A stretch of DNA of 64,000 nucleotides from Spirochaetia bacterium (GTDB taxonomy: Bacteria > Spirochaetota > Spirochaetia > DSM-16054 > Sediminispirochaetaceae), in contig JAXHMY010000007.1 of assembly GCA_034520965.1 (NCBI GenBank), positions 162,785 through 226,784 of the forward strand, in the 5' to 3' direction. A model generated the notes under the pieces. That model was not told the DNA's origin, did no database searches, and saw nothing but the letters and a program-made list of their open reading frames with translations. Positions 1 to 10,874 of the stretch are shown piece by piece; position 1 is the stretch's first letter; each line of letters begins with the position of its first letter. The position numbers were made by a program, and so were the translations under genes.

Positions 1-310
1 CGTTTGGCATCAAACCAAGATCTGGAGGGTATCTTGTCTCGATATACACATCATTAATTTCAGCCAATATGTTTTCGTCTATTTTTATTTGGAATCCAAT
101 CTCTAATATAATTCCGTATAGTTTCTCGAGGTCGTGTATACGGGGAGTATTACTTCTACAGCTCTCAATTACAGCTTTAAGTATTTTTTCTAATGCTTGC
201 TGGCAATGAAATGCTGCATTTTGATTAAGGCTTGGATCTTCTGATAGTTTCTTTGCAGAGTTTAGATCTTTTATTGCAAAATTGACCCATTCTTCAACTC
301 GCTTTTTCAT
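1..310 (-). CDS. HEPN domain protein (toxin of MNT-HEPN pair), runs off the window edge
   Basis: Manual translation from ATG at 310: MKKRVEEWVNFAIKDLNSAKKL...AAFHCQQALEKILKA...PRIHDLEKL...YIETRYP, typical HEPN motifs; overlaps the end of the MNT gene. Confidence 0.85.
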   Translation of the reverse strand, partial: MKKRVEEWVNFAIKDLNSAKKLSEDPSLNQNAAFHCQQALEKILKAVIESCRSNTPRIHDLEKLYGIILEIGFQIKIDENILAEINDVYIETRYPPDLGLMPN

Positions 311-644
311 ACAATCTTCTTCCGTTTTTGATTATATCTTGAAAGAAATTATTCCCGTGTTGTTTTAACATTTCATATTCCTTTTTTGTATATACGAGCA
401 GGTCAATGGCAATTTTTCTATTTATTCTTCTGATTGCCTTTCTTATTTCTAGCTTCATTTTCATCTTTTCTTCGTACGACTGTGGTATCGTATCAATATC
501 CAGTATAACTAGCAGATCGATATCGCTTTCATCATCATAGTGACCATCGTTAATTGATCCAAATAATATTATCTCTTTTACATCTAAATTCTTTAATGAA
601 TCTACAATAGCTTCAAGATAGTTATCTATTTCGGTTGTATTCAT
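294..644 (-). CDS. Minimal nucleotidyltransferase (MNT) antitoxin
   Basis: 116 aa with ILFGS...DSDIDLLVI motif and DLLVYT; directly upstream of HEPN. Confidence 0.9.
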   Translation of the reverse strand: MNTTEIDNYLEAIVDSLKNLDVKEIILFGSINDGHYDDESDIDLLVILDIDTIPQSYEEKMKMKLEIRKAIRRINRKIAIDLLVYTKKEYEMLKQHGNNFFQDIIKNGRRLYEKAS

Positions 645-720
645 AATGTCCTATTGTAATATATTTTGGCTGCATTCTAAACTACTATTCATTATAAACG
701 AGGTGAACCGAGACAAAATT

Positions 721-807
721 GGGCGCGGATGGGAGAGGAATAGGTTATTTTTCTGAAGAAGGCGGCGCCCAGCCACTATCGCCGTTCATCCGCATAGATC
801 AGTAGTT
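721..807 (+). repeat. Degenerate copy of palindromic intergenic repeat family A
   Basis: gggcgcggatggga ... ggcggc/gcc ... gttcatccgca...gtagtt, same motifs as the full copies. Confidence 0.55.
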
Positions 808-823
808 AGCTATTTCGCTTGCG

Positions 824-3715
824 CTATGAAAACAGGTACTCCAGGTCTTCTCTGTTCAGGGACTTTACAAACGAGCTTTCTTCCGCGACGATTTCCTCGG
901 CCAAGGCGGTTTTGTGTTTTTGTAGTGTGAGGATTTTCTCTTCCACGGTAGTTTTGACGATATAGCGGTAGGCGATGACCTTGGAATTGCGACCGATGCG
1001 GTGAACCCGGTCTATCGCCTGGCGTTCAACCGCGGGGTTCCACCACGGATCGAAGAGGAATACGTAATCGGCAGCGGTCAGGTTAATTCCCAGACCGCCG
1101 GCTTTCAAGCTCAGCAGAAACAGCCGGATATTAGGGTCGTTCTGAAATAAGTCGATCTGTTCACGGCGGTCTTTAGTAGAACCGTCAAGGTAGGCGTACC
1201 CGTAACCGGCCTTGGCCGCGAGGGCTTCGATTCGCTTGAGGCTGCCGATAAATTGGGAAAATACGACCGCTTTATACCCTTCGGCGGTAATATCCTCCAG
1301 GGCTTCCCGGAGAAGCTCGAACTTGCACGAAGAAATATTCCGGTACTCATCGCTCACCAGGGATGGAAAGATGGCCGCTTGTCTCAACCGTAAAAGAGCC
1401 TCAAGGATAGTGACGGTTGATTTTTTGATTCCCTCGCGTTCGACATGGCTGTGTACTTTTTCACGGTAGTGTTCGCGTAGATTGTGATAGAATTCTGCCT
1501 GGTCAGTCTGCATTTCCGCGTACAGCAGGATTTCCTCTTTTTCAGGCAAATCCGGAGCTACCGTCTGTTTTGTCCTGCGCAGCACAAAGGGGTGAATCAT
1601 AGAGCGGAGTAGGGCTGTTTTCTCATCCGTGGCGGAGGTCTCCCCGTGGAAGTGTTCCTGCTCTATATCTTTGACAAAACGCTCATAAAACCTTTTTCGG
1701 GTATCCAAGAGCCCCGGGAGGAGAAAGTCAAACTGGGCCCACAGTTCCATCAGGCTGTTTTCGAGAGGTGTGCCGCTGAGTGCCAGCCGGTGGGAAGCGG
1801 AGAGCATCTTGACGGCTTTAAAAGTTTGTGAAGCAGCATTTTTTATAGCCTGGGCCTCGTCCAGAATGAGATAGCTGATATCTTCCTTCAAAAAAAACTC
1901 GATATCGTTGCGCAGAGTAGCATAGCTGGTCAGCACAATATCATGCTGTCTGATTTTTCCTGTATCTCTCTGCTGTCCATGATAACGGTACACCGATAGC
2001 TGCGGGGTAAAGCGTTCGATCTCATTCTGCCAGTTAGGGAGGGTGCTCACCGGGGCGACCACCAGCGCCCTTGTCAGCACAGCTTCATTCTTGCTCTGCT
2101 GCAGCAGCGCAAGGGTTTGTATCGTTTTTCCCAGTCCCATATCATCGGCCAAAACTCCTCCCAAGTGGTAATCGCGTAGAAACAGGAGCCACGAGAGCCC
2201 GGCCTTCTGATACTTTCGAAGCGTTCCCTGAAAGCCCTCTGGTTCTTCAAGCTTCATGAGCCCGGTAAAATTCTCGAGAGAAGCTAGTGATTCGCGAATG
2301 CGTACCAGCTCCACGGAATCATCACTGCGTATATCCCCCGCAAACTCCTTCCAAAAGGCGGGGTTGTAGGTTGGAATTGTTACCCGCCCACGCGTGTCCA
2401 GTCCGAATAGGCGTAATTTTCGCAGTTTCTCGATGGTGCTTTTATCGACTATAAGAAACTCGCCCTTTGTGGAAATTATCCCAGACTCTATGGCGGCCGG
2501 ATCGAAATCGAAGCGCTGCAGCCCTGCTTCGGTCCACTCTCCGGCTTCGACTTCGAGCCAGTTGTTTCTTACTGACACCCGCAGGCCGAAACTCCCGCTG
2601 TTCTTTCTGCGCAGAGGAGTCCCCTGTGTGCGGATCTCGAAGCCCGCCTCAATAAGCGCAGCCGCATGGCTGAGGATAAAGTCTGCGGAGCTTAGCTTGG
2701 CGGTAAAATGGTAGCGTGAACCGGAAGGCTCTTCTCGGATTACCGTTTTGCCCAATTTTTCACGCACCTGTTCAAACCACCCGGAGCTTTGATTCGGTGG
2801 AACAAAATTTAATTCGAGTTTTCCCCCTGCTGTTTCGCGTGCGTAAAAACTGCGGTGTAGATCGAAGTCGTAGAGCGTTGCGTCTATTCTGTAGGTGAGT
2901 TTGAGCGTTATTCCTTCCCGATACTCGGTTATATCTATCACCGGCAATGCCGTTTTGCTGCTCAGCAGATAGTCGGAATAGGTAAAATCGAGGCTCACCC
3001 CCGCAGCTGCCTTCAGCTGTGTGCGCAGGGTATGGATTTCGGACATGCGCAGTGCGCTCGTCTTAAGCAAGTCTTCAGTCGGCGTGTCGATTTTGCTGCT
3101 TTCCCACAAGATCTTACGGGAGTGGCAGCACAGGAGACAGTTACCGGTTTTTTTGGTTCTCTCAATCGAAATGTCCCGATATTCTCGTGAAGCCGGTGAG
3201 GGTGCAGAGAAGCGATAGACCGGTCGAAATAAAACGGAATTGCCGTGCAGCTCCGCTGCTTCAAAATCGATTTGAATGTTGGGATCGGTAATACGCGTGT
3301 ACTCGATAAACTTTGCTGAGACGCTGCGGCCCACCGGAGAGGCGGCCCGCTTTTCGCTACCGTCTCGAGCTTGACTAGGCCCGATAGTGGCTGGATATTT
3401 ATCTTCTCCGATATATTCAAGCAGTAGTGCGCCGATGTGAGAGCAGGGAGGCTCTTCTGCACAACTGCAGGTGCTGTTGAGCACAAACCCGTTGGAGAGC
3501 AGAGTTATCCGTACCCGCTGCCCGTCTTCCGATTGGCTGCCAATCTCTCCTTCTATATCGGTCAACACTTCGGAACTCTTTTCGTAGACCACCGTTTCAT
3601 AGCTAATCCGCAGCCCGCTGTCGAGCAACTGGGCGGCCTGTCGGTATACCGAGTTTCCGAGGAATCCTTTTATCCGTTTTTTGGAAGGTTTCGTTCGTCT
3701 TTGTTTGTGTGCCAT
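824..3715 (-). CDS. SWIM zinc finger + SNF2 family helicase/ATPase
   Basis: CSC..PCSH SWIM motif; LADDMGLGKT, DEAQ, LSGTPLEN, SLKAGGLGINL, QAIDRVHRIG SNF2 motifs. Confidence 0.95.
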   Translation of the reverse strand: MAHKQRRTKPSKKRIKGFLGNSVYRQAAQLLDSGLRISYETVVYEKSSEVLTDIEGEIGSQSEDGQRVRITLLSNGFVLNSTCSCAEEPPCSHIGALLLEYIGEDKYPATIGPSQARDGSEKRAASPVGRSVSAKFIEYTRITDPNIQIDFEAAELHGNSVLFRPVYRFSAPSPASREYRDISIERTKKTGNCLLCCHSRKILWESSKIDTPTEDLLKTSALRMSEIHTLRTQLKAAAGVSLDFTYSDYLLSSKTALPVIDITEYREGITLKLTYRIDATLYDFDLHRSFYARETAGGKLELNFVPPNQSSGWFEQVREKLGKTVIREEPSGSRYHFTAKLSSADFILSHAAALIEAGFEIRTQGTPLRRKNSGSFGLRVSVRNNWLEVEAGEWTEAGLQRFDFDPAAIESGIISTKGEFLIVDKSTIEKLRKLRLFGLDTRGRVTIPTYNPAFWKEFAGDIRSDDSVELVRIRESLASLENFTGLMKLEEPEGFQGTLRKYQKAGLSWLLFLRDYHLGGVLADDMGLGKTIQTLALLQQSKNEAVLTRALVVAPVSTLPNWQNEIERFTPQLSVYRYHGQQRDTGKIRQHDIVLTSYATLRNDIEFFLKEDISYLILDEAQAIKNAASQTFKAVKMLSASHRLALSGTPLENSLMELWAQFDFLLPGLLDTRKRFYERFVKDIEQEHFHGETSATDEKTALLRSMIHPFVLRRTKQTVAPDLPEKEEILLYAEMQTDQAEFYHNLREHYREKVHSHVEREGIKKSTVTILEALLRLRQAAIFPSLVSDEYRNISSCKFELLREALEDITAEGYKAVVFSQFIGSLKRIEALAAKAGYGYAYLDGSTKDRREQIDLFQNDPNIRLFLLSLKAGGLGINLTAADYVFLFDPWWNPAVERQAIDRVHRIGRNSKVIAYRYIVKTTVEEKILTLQKHKTALAEEIVAEESSFVKSLNREDLEYLFS

Positions 3716-3794
3716 ACTACCGCTTTGTTCAAGTTTTAGTAGTAGATGCTACCGAAAAATATACTTTCCGGCAAGCGATTACTCCGTCGCGCAG

Positions 3795-4021
3795 CGCGGA
3801 TGGGGAGGTTATATAAACTACGGATATATAAGGTTTACGCACGTGGGTAACCACGGATGTGCACGGATGGGAGGGGGGAGGTTTTTGAGGGGTAAGAATT
3901 TTAGGCTACTATCCTGGGAGAGCGGCTGGCGATGGTTGACTGCCGCCGTCCCGATATCAGTATTCATTCGTGAACATCCGCGGTTTAATTTATCTTCTTC
4001 CATCCGCGCATATCCGTAGTT
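3795..4021 (+). repeat. Palindromic intergenic repeat family A, full copy
   Basis: Left arm cggatggggaggttatataaactacggatata, inner aaccacggatg, right arms catccgcggtt and atccgtagtt. Confidence 0.9.
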
Positions 4022-4082
4022 AATTTCTTTATTCCTGAAGCAATAGAGTGTTTTGTGCCTCTTTTACTATAGGGAGGCACGT

Positions 4083-4760
4083 ATGCCATCACACTATGAT
4101 GCTTTGTTCAGGCGGCTGTTTGAGAACCCGGAGGTCAGTGCAGATTTTGCCCGTAACTACCTGCCGGTGGATTATAAAGGAAAAATCGACTTCGAGAGTG
4201 CTGCTATTGATCGGGATCCACTGCAGTGTGCCGATTTAGTTGATGCTCTTAGCAGAGCACATGTACCGCACTTTGAACCGCTTTTGTTCGACTTGAACCG
4301 AATTGACGATAAGCGACTGCGCGGATCTGTACAAACGGTGGTGGGCTTGCTATCTTTGAAGTATATTAAGCACCGCTTTACCGAGGGCCTGGTTGCTTAC
4401 CTGCTGCAAGAGCTGCATCGGCTACCACGTGAGAGCAACTTTTTGCATGAGTTCTATATGACTTTGATTAAGTTCAAAGCAGAGGAGGATCTGCAGAGGT
4501 TTCTGCAGATGGCCAGAGAGATGAATTACCGGGATATGGAGGAAGATATGATGACCTACGGACAGAGATTGTTAAAAGAGGGACGGGTCGAAGGTCTGCA
4601 AGACTCGTTGAAAAGACAACTAAAGAAAAAATTCGGCCTGGAAACAGAGGAATCGGTGAAGATAAACCAGATTAAGGATTCCAACAAGCTGGAGGCTGCT
4701 CTTGATGAGATTTTAAGCGCAGAGACAAAGCAGCAGGTGCTGGAGAAGCTGGGGCTGTAG
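4083..4760 (+). CDS. Rpn/YhgA-like protein, copy 1, with an in-frame deletion of about 85 aa covering the nuclease core
   Basis: MPSHYDALFRRLFENPE start after GGGAGG RBS; aligns with 14938-15942 but jumps from IDRD to PLQCAD, losing DLLY...YDHKS...VVFYHG. Confidence 0.85.
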   Translation: MPSHYDALFRRLFENPEVSADFARNYLPVDYKGKIDFESAAIDRDPLQCADLVDALSRAHVPHFEPLLFDLNRIDDKRLRGSVQTVVGLLSLKYIKHRFTEGLVAYLLQELHRLPRESNFLHEFYMTLIKFKAEEDLQRFLQMAREMNYRDMEEDMMTYGQRLLKEGRVEGLQDSLKRQLKKKFGLETEESVKINQIKDSNKLEAALDEILSAETKQQVLEKLGL

Positions 4761-4761
4761 T

Positions 4762-4953
4762 GCCGGCACGGATGGGGAGGTTATATAAACTACGGATATA
4801 TGCTCGGGCTTGCAGCTCTGTGGGCGGGGCAGGCGGGTAACCACGGATGGGCGCGGATGGGAAAAATAATTATTGAGATTTTGAAAGCGGGCGGTGCCAG
4901 GCAGAGACTGCGCCCGGCTCAAAATCAGTGTTCATCCGCGAACATCCGCGGTT
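4762..4953 (+). repeat. Palindromic intergenic repeat family A, full copy
   Basis: Same left arm at 4769; aaccacggatgggcgcggatggga; right arm gttcatccgcgaacatccgcggtt overlaps the stop codon of the convergent gene. Confidence 0.9.
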
Positions 4954-6562
4954 AATTGTTGTTTCCTATAGGTATCAGCATATGCTGAATTAGGAAATTC
5001 AGGTTATTGCATATGTACTTTAATAGTGGGTTCAGTCTTTTTTCATTGGCATCTATACTAAGCAATGAGAGAAACCTTAGATAAATGGTGTCATCGAGAA
5101 TATTCGTCAGGATAAAATCCCAGGTTTCTTTCCTTATCAGAAAATATTTATTGTGCCGTAAGAGGGCCTTAATTCGTGCGTTCTCATTTTTTTCGCCGAA
5201 TTCACGCTGCAACTCTTCAATATTACTGTCTGAAAAATCGAGCACCCTCTGAATCTTTTTTGCCAGATCGGGGTGCAGGGAATCCCCATCTTTCCAATGC
5301 ATTATCTCTTCAGATTCTTCAATATCATATTGTACCAGGTCCTTAGAGGGCGTACCTTCCGAAACTCGGGAAAGGAATTTTTCTGTGAACTCTTTGAGAA
5401 TATTTCCGGAATCTTGGGGCTTACCCTGTGGTTTATATTCCTCAAACACTTCATCAACCAACCGTTTGTCCTGAAAGACAGAATAGAATATGTGCTTTAG
5501 CTGTGGCTCGTCCATATACTGTGTTGTTGAATCCCGAAATCCAGCCATAGCCAAATAGCTTTTCCCGAAAAGAGATGGGATCGTTTCCGGTTCCGGGTCG
5601 CTCTGATTGTTCGGAGTGAGCCGGCTTTCCGGCTGCTGCTCCATTATCCCGGAGTCCAAGATTTCACGAATGCATTCTCTTGGGGTCATGCCGGTTGTGC
5701 TGTCCTCCGACACCAAAATGGTACACAGATCCTCGATAGGAAAGTGCATATCAAGGTAGCTTTCTACCACTTCGTGTATGCCAAGGGTGTTCGGCCGCAC
5801 ATTTTTAAAATAGTTCTTCCAATAGTCACGAATAATCTCCCGGGAAAAGTTTTTCCGAATAAAGGTACCCAGTTCGTTATTTTCTGGATAAAGCAGCAAA
5901 AAGAAAAGCATTTCGATTTGCACTGATGCGTGTGGTACCCATCGTTTTATGCGCTCAAGCAAACGGGAACAATTGCATCTGTCAGGTAATGAAATCGGTT
6001 TTTCGAGATACTGATTCACCCAATCCACGCTCTCCTGAATCTGAGCCCGAGTGATATCTCCGCTCACTACTGCGTGGGGTGTGAGTCTGTCTTCGATAAG
6101 GGTTGCAATCCCAAGCAGATATTTGTGGGAATCATATCCTTGGGTCTTTCCATCGAACACATGATACCCGTCGGTAGAAAGTGCCCTTATTTCCGGCATA
6201 GGGGTTCCATGGTGGTCTAGGAGGGAAAAATAGATGTCGCCATCTCTTTGAGTAGTATCAATATCTTTGTAGTAGTTAATGTCTCTGAACATCAGGAAGG
6301 TCTCAGTGTGCTCAAAACTTGCTAAATCCCCGATGGTAAACCACCCAAGTTTGTCCGGATACCAGGGGCTCAGATATCTCTCCTTTGTGCGGTCCGCATA
6401 GATCATGGTTTCGTCATAGCTATCCCTATCAACTATTTTTTCCATAAAGGGGTACTGTTCTATCAGCTGCAGCGTTTCCTCATAAACCGCTGTCCACTGG
6501 TCCTGTGTTATCCAGCTAAAATCAACAGAAAGTTCAATAACTATTCCCATTTTGCACCTCAC
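4952..6562 (-). CDS. Hypothetical protein (about 530 aa)
   Basis: Long uninterrupted ORF with protein-like composition; no motif recognised. Confidence 0.75.
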   Translation of the reverse strand: MRCKMGIVIELSVDFSWITQDQWTAVYEETLQLIEQYPFMEKIVDRDSYDETMIYADRTKERYLSPWYPDKLGWFTIGDLASFEHTETFLMFRDINYYKDIDTTQRDGDIYFSLLDHHGTPMPEIRALSTDGYHVFDGKTQGYDSHKYLLGIATLIEDRLTPHAVVSGDITRAQIQESVDWVNQYLEKPISLPDRCNCSRLLERIKRWVPHASVQIEMLFFLLLYPENNELGTFIRKNFSREIIRDYWKNYFKNVRPNTLGIHEVVESYLDMHFPIEDLCTILVSEDSTTGMTPRECIREILDSGIMEQQPESRLTPNNQSDPEPETIPSLFGKSYLAMAGFRDSTTQYMDEPQLKHIFYSVFQDKRLVDEVFEEYKPQGKPQDSGNILKEFTEKFLSRVSEGTPSKDLVQYDIEESEEIMHWKDGDSLHPDLAKKIQRVLDFSDSNIEELQREFGEKNENARIKALLRHNKYFLIRKETWDFILTNILDDTIYLRFLSLLSIDANEKRLNPLLKYICNNLNFLIQHMLIPIGNNN

Positions 6563-6654
6563 ACTTCACGTAGTGCTGTACGCATAGCTCCATTATACTC
6601 CTCTGTTACTCCTTTTCAAAGCAGGCGACACGACAGATATAAAAGATATTTAAG

Positions 6655-6870
6655 CCGCGGATGGGGAGGTTATATAAACTACGGATATATTGGGCTGCGC
6701 ACGGGGGTAAACCACGGATGGGCGCGGATGGGAGGGGATGGGAGGAGAACTATTTTGGGGAGTTATTAGTTGTTCATCACAGTGTTGGCTGCGATATGTG
6801 TATATTGCCGACGGCGGGCGGTGAATACAGCCAGCCCAATATCAGTGTGCATCTGTGAAAATCCGTAGTT
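6655..6870 (+). repeat. Palindromic intergenic repeat family A, full copy
   Basis: Left arm at 6658, right arm atccgtagtt at 6861-6870. Confidence 0.9.
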
Positions 6871-6931
6871 ATTTTCTTGTTTCCTGAAGCAGCAGGCGGT
6901 TTTGTGCCTCTTTAATTATAGGGAGGCGCGT

Positions 6932-7866
6932 ATGCCATCACACTATGATGCCTTGTTCAGGCGACTGTTTGAGAATCCGCAGGTCAGTGCAGATTTTGCT
7001 AGTAATTACCTGCCGGCGGAGTATCAGGAGAAAATCGATTTCAAGAGCGCTTCTATTGACCGGGATATCTATATCGATGAGGTTATAAGGCGAAATTACA
7101 CCGATCTGCTGTACAGGTTTGATAAGAAAGAAGGTAGAGGACAGCTGTATTTGTACCTGCTGTACGATCACAAATCTTCACCGGACAAATGGGTGTCCAT
7201 CCAGCTCCTGCGGTATATCATGCTCATCTACGCAAGTGAACTGAATGAGAACCCAGAAGGTGAATATACTGCCAGAGATTTTTCCGGTGGTCTTTTATCA
7301 TGGGACTGAAGAGTGGAAGCCTTCTCTGCAATCTGCCGATTGTATTGATGCTATTAGTAAAGATCATGTCCCGCATTTTAAGCCGCTTCTGTTCGATTTG
7401 AACCGCATTGACGATAAACAGCTACTCGGATCTGTACAAACGGTGGTGGGCTTGCTATCTTTAAAGTATATCAAGCACCGCTTTACCGAGAGCCTGGTTG
7501 CTTATTTGCTGCAGGAGCTGCATAGGCTTCCGCGTGAGAGCAACTTTTTGCATGAGTTCTATATGACTCTGCTTAAGTTCAAAGCCGAGAAGGAGCTGCA
7601 GACCTTTCTGCAGATAGCCAGAGAGATGAATTACCCGGGACATGGAGGAAGATATAATGACACGCGAACAGAGACTTCTAAAAGATGGACGAATTGAAGC
7701 TTTACAGGATTCACTTAAGAGGCTTATAAAGAAGAAGTTCGGTTTGGAAACAGAGGAATCGGTGAAGATAAACCAGATCAAAGACCCCGCAAAGCTGGAG
7801 GCCGCTCTCGATGAGATCCTAAGCGCAGAGACTAAGCAGCAGGTGCTGGAGAAGCTGGGGCTTTAG
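6932..7866 (+). pseudogene. Rpn/YhgA-like PD-(D/E)XK nuclease, copy 2, two frameshifts (possibly sequencing errors)
   Basis: Three overlapping ORFs (6902-7309, 7245-7697, 7642-7866) tile a homologue of 14938-15942. Confidence 0.85.
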
Positions 7867-7867
7867 A

Positions 7868-8149
7868 GCCGGCACGGATGGGGAGGTTATAGAAACTACG
7901 GATATATGTGGTGTATGCAGGTGGGTCACACAGCTGTGCGCGGATGGGATAATAATTATTATTAAAATTTTAAAGGGAGGCGGCTGTAGAGAGCGGCGCC
8001 GCCCGCCAATATATTCTTTCATCCGTGCATATCCGTAGTTAGTTCCATATCAGTGGTCATCCGCGAATATCTGCGGTTAAATTATATTTCTTATCTTCTT
8101 CCATCCGTGTTCATCCGTAGTTAATTAATTATCTTCCTCATCCGCGGTT
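7868..8149 (+). repeat. Palindromic intergenic repeat family A, full copy with multiplied right arms
   Basis: Left arm at 7875; atccgtagtt at 8031 and 8113; catccgcggtt ending at 8149. Confidence 0.9.
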
Positions 8150-8174
8150 GTCGCAGTCGGTTGCATCGTCGTAG

Positions 8175-8804
8175 TTATTTTTCTACCACACAGGTAAGCC
8201 AGGTGATAGCCTCGCGGCCCAGTCCGTCGCCGGTGGTGGCGCTGCTTATGCTGTGAAAGCCGGCGGATTTGGCCTGGTCGATCCACTCATCGGATGCGAG
8301 GAGCAGGTAGTATCGGCCTTTTTCGTCGTAGCCGCTTTCATCGAGGCCGGGGCGGCTTAAGGGTACGGAGAAGAGGAGTTTTCCGGCTTGCGTTAGCAGC
8401 TGGTGGAGGTGTTCGAAGGTAGGGTGCAGCTGCTCTTGCAAGAGGTGCATGAGGGAGGCGACCGCGTAGATGCCGTTGTAGTGCTCGTGCTCTAAGAGGG
8501 CAGCGGGCAGCTCATCGGGTAGGGCGCCTTGAAAGAGGCGTCCTTCGAGTTGGGGATGGAGGCAAAGGGCTCTGTCGATCATCGCGGGAGCGGGGTCGAT
8601 GCCCTGGACTTCGTATCCCTGCCCACACAGATAGGCTGCTTCCCGGCCGGAGCCGCATCCGATTTCGAGTAGTTGTGCGCCGGGGCTGAAAGTGTCGAGC
8701 AGCCGCCGGTGCAGATCCGCTACTTCGGCGCGTTCGTAGCGTTGTGATAGTTTTTCTGCGTGCTGTTGGTAGTAGCGGATGGTCGAGTTCTTTTCGTGCT
8801 TCAT
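8175..8804 (-). CDS. Class I SAM-dependent methyltransferase
   Basis: LLEIGCGSGREA motif I, GIDP, IYAVASLMHL. Confidence 0.9.
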   Translation of the reverse strand: MKHEKNSTIRYYQQHAEKLSQRYERAEVADLHRRLLDTFSPGAQLLEIGCGSGREAAYLCGQGYEVQGIDPAPAMIDRALCLHPQLEGRLFQGALPDELPAALLEHEHYNGIYAVASLMHLLQEQLHPTFEHLHQLLTQAGKLLFSVPLSRPGLDESGYDEKGRYYLLLASDEWIDQAKSAGFHSISSATTGDGLGREAITWLTCVVEK

Positions 8805-9009
8805 CTTCCGATTCCCTTACATTATATGGATAGTATAGTTCATTTGCATTATCCGGTGAATCGGCACGAGCGGGGTCTGATTCACTACACATTTGTTTAG
8901 TGGAACTTGCGACGTCGCAAGCTTTTGCCGCGGTGTGGCTTTGTATTTGGGCTGTAATGAGCTAGAATTTCCAAAAAGGAAGTGTATTTGATGTCGATCT
9001 GCTCGCTGG

Positions 9010-9090
9010 CGGCACGGATGGGGAGGTTATATAAACTACGGATATATTGGGTGTGCGCACGGGGGTAACACGGATGTGCACGGATGGGAA
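9010..9090 (+). repeat. Repeat family A, left arm only
   Basis: ggcacggatggggaggttatataaactacggatatattgg...cacggatgtgcacggatggga. Confidence 0.85.
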
Positions 9091-9123
9091 ATGGTTGGGA
9101 ATTGAAGGGATAAAGTAAATGGC

Positions 9124-10752
9124 CTATCTATCTCTTTTTATTGTGTATAACCCTAGTATTGGTTTATTCCACACCATATTTTTTAGCCAGTTGCTGAGGG
9201 TCTGGTAGTTGGGCAGGCCGAGTAGTTTGGCGGCCTGACGTTTGTTGCCGCCGGCCTGCTGTAGGGCCCGGGGCAGGTAGTGCTGCATTAGTTCAGTCAC
9301 CACATTATCAATATTGAAGTCTTGGTTCAGGGGGCGGTTCAAAAAATGTGGGACGGCTGCGGGAGAATCGGGGGCCGGGTCGGGGCGCACCAGTGATTCT
9401 TCGAGGAGGCTGCGGTTTATTTCGACAGCCGGGCTCCAAAGACAGGCGCGAGTGAGGGTGTTGATCAACTCGCGCACATTCCCGGGCCAGCTGTATTCGC
9501 GGATCAGACGCCGGGCGTCGATTGAAAGCTGCTTGTCTTGCCAGCCTTCAACGCCGGCAAAGCGGGAGTTGAGCTGGCCCAGAAAGTGGTCGGTCAGGGC
9601 TTCGATGTCCCGTTTGCGGCTGTGCAGCGGGGGCAGCTTTAGCACGCCCACGGCTATCCGGTGGAACAGGTCGTTGCGGAAGCTGCCGTCGGCCGACTCG
9701 CGGGCCAGGTCGCGGTTTGTAGCGCTTATTATGCGAAAATCGGAGTGACGGCGGAGGGTGCTGCCGACCCGCTGGAAGGATTGGTCTTGCAGGACCCTCA
9801 GCAGAAGGACCTGCACATGCATCGGCAGCTCGCCGATTTCATCCAGAAACAGAGTTCCGCTGTGGGCTTCTTCGATATAGCCGGTTTTATCACTGGCAGC
9901 CCCGGTAAAGGCGCCTTTTACATATCCGAAGAGCTCGGATTCTACCAGGCCCTGGGGCAGGGCGCCGCAGTTGACCGATATAAAGGGGCCGTCCGCCCGG
10001 CCGGAGGCGTTGTGGATGGCCTTGGCAAACAGCTCCTTGCCGGTGCCGGATTCACCGAGCAGCAGTACGGGCACGTCGAACAGGGCGATGCGACGGGCCC
10101 GGTTGACCGTTCTTTGCATGATTTTGGAGTGATGGATGATTTCGTCAAAGGCCGGGGTGGCCGGGAGCATTTCATCGGGTAAGGCCAGAAGTTTTTCGTC
10201 GACCGGGGAGGTGGTAGTGCTGCGGGGATGATACTCTGCCAAGATATCGAAGGGCAGGATGACCGTCCGCACTCCCTGCTCTTGGCTGGTTTCGATTAAG
10301 CGGGCTGGGTAAATGCTGCTGGCGATCAGGATCCAGGTGGCAGCCATGGCCGGGGTGCCAGGGCTCAGATGAAAGGTGAGGGCCGGAGCCGAATACAAGG
10401 GTTTCCCTTCGGCAGCCGAGCCTGTCTGTGCGGCGGTGCTGTGGCCTCTCTTATGCGGCTTAATTCCATTTAACACCTTAACGGCGTGCTCGTAGATTTC
10501 GGCAAACTCGGTGGGCGAGCTGAGCTCCACCAGGTGTGTCGAGATTTCGAGGTCCGAATGGCGCTGCTGCAGCCAGGCGACATAGGCGGTGGTCTCGGCC
10601 TGCGAATAATTGGAAAGCAGAGTGAGGGATTCGTAGGGCTCGGAGGCGAGGGCCTGGGCGATGGGGCCGGCGCCGACCCCGGGTTCGTGCTGGGAGGCAC
10701 GGATATCAGTGCCTCCAAGCCATGCGCATAATCGCGGCGGTTGCAAGCTCAT
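9124..10752 (-). CDS. Sigma-54 enhancer-binding activator with N-terminal CARF-like domain (RtcR-like)
   Basis: N-term CAWLGGTD and [10 protein letters not shown] (CARF-like); AAA+ [39 protein letters not shown]; Fis-type HTH. Likely start MSLQPP at 10752; one A missing in a run near 9180 would restore an ending of WLKKYGVE*. Confidence 0.9.
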   Translation of the reverse strand: MSLQPPRLCAWLGGTDIRASQHEPGVGAGPIAQALASEPYESLTLLSNYSQAETTAYVAWLQQRHSDLEISTHLVELSSPTEFAEIYEHAVKVLNGIKPHKRGHSTAAQTGSAAEGKPLYSAPALTFHLSPGTPAMAATWILIASSIYPARLIETSQEQGVRTVILPFDILAEYHPRSTTTSPVDEKLLALPDEMLPATPAFDEIIHHSKIMQRTVNRARRIALFDVPVLLLGESGTGKELFAKAIHNASGRADGPFISVNCGALPQGLVESELFGYVKGAFTGAASDKTGYIEEAHSGTLFLDEIGELPMHVQVLLLRVLQDQSFQRVGSTLRRHSDFRIISATNRDLARESADGSFRNDLFHRIAVGVLKLPPLHSRKRDIEALTDHFLGQLNSRFAGVEGWQDKQLSIDARRLIREYSWPGNVRELINTLTRACLWSPAVEINRSLLEESLVRPDPAPDSPAAVPHFLNRPLNQDFNIDNVVTELMQHYLPRALQQAGGNKRQAAKLLGLPNYQTLSNWLKNMVWNKPILGLYTIKRDR

Positions 10753-10763
10753 AGGGTAATAGT

Positions 10764-10797
10764 ATAACAAATCTTGTAGGGGCACAAGAAAATTTAT
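10764..10797 (-). promoter_or_regulatory. Palindromic operator (site 1) overlapping a putative sigma-70 promoter of the activator gene
   Basis: Minus strand ATAAATTTTCTTGT-gcccct-ACAAGATTTGTTAT; overlaps TTGTGC-17-TACTAT ending 6 nt before the ATG. Confidence 0.65.
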
Positions 10798-10874
10798 TAT
10801 GCTATTGGTAGGTAGGGGCCGGCGGCTGGCCGCGGGACGTAGCAGCCGGGTTGGGTGGCTGCGTGAAGCCTCGC

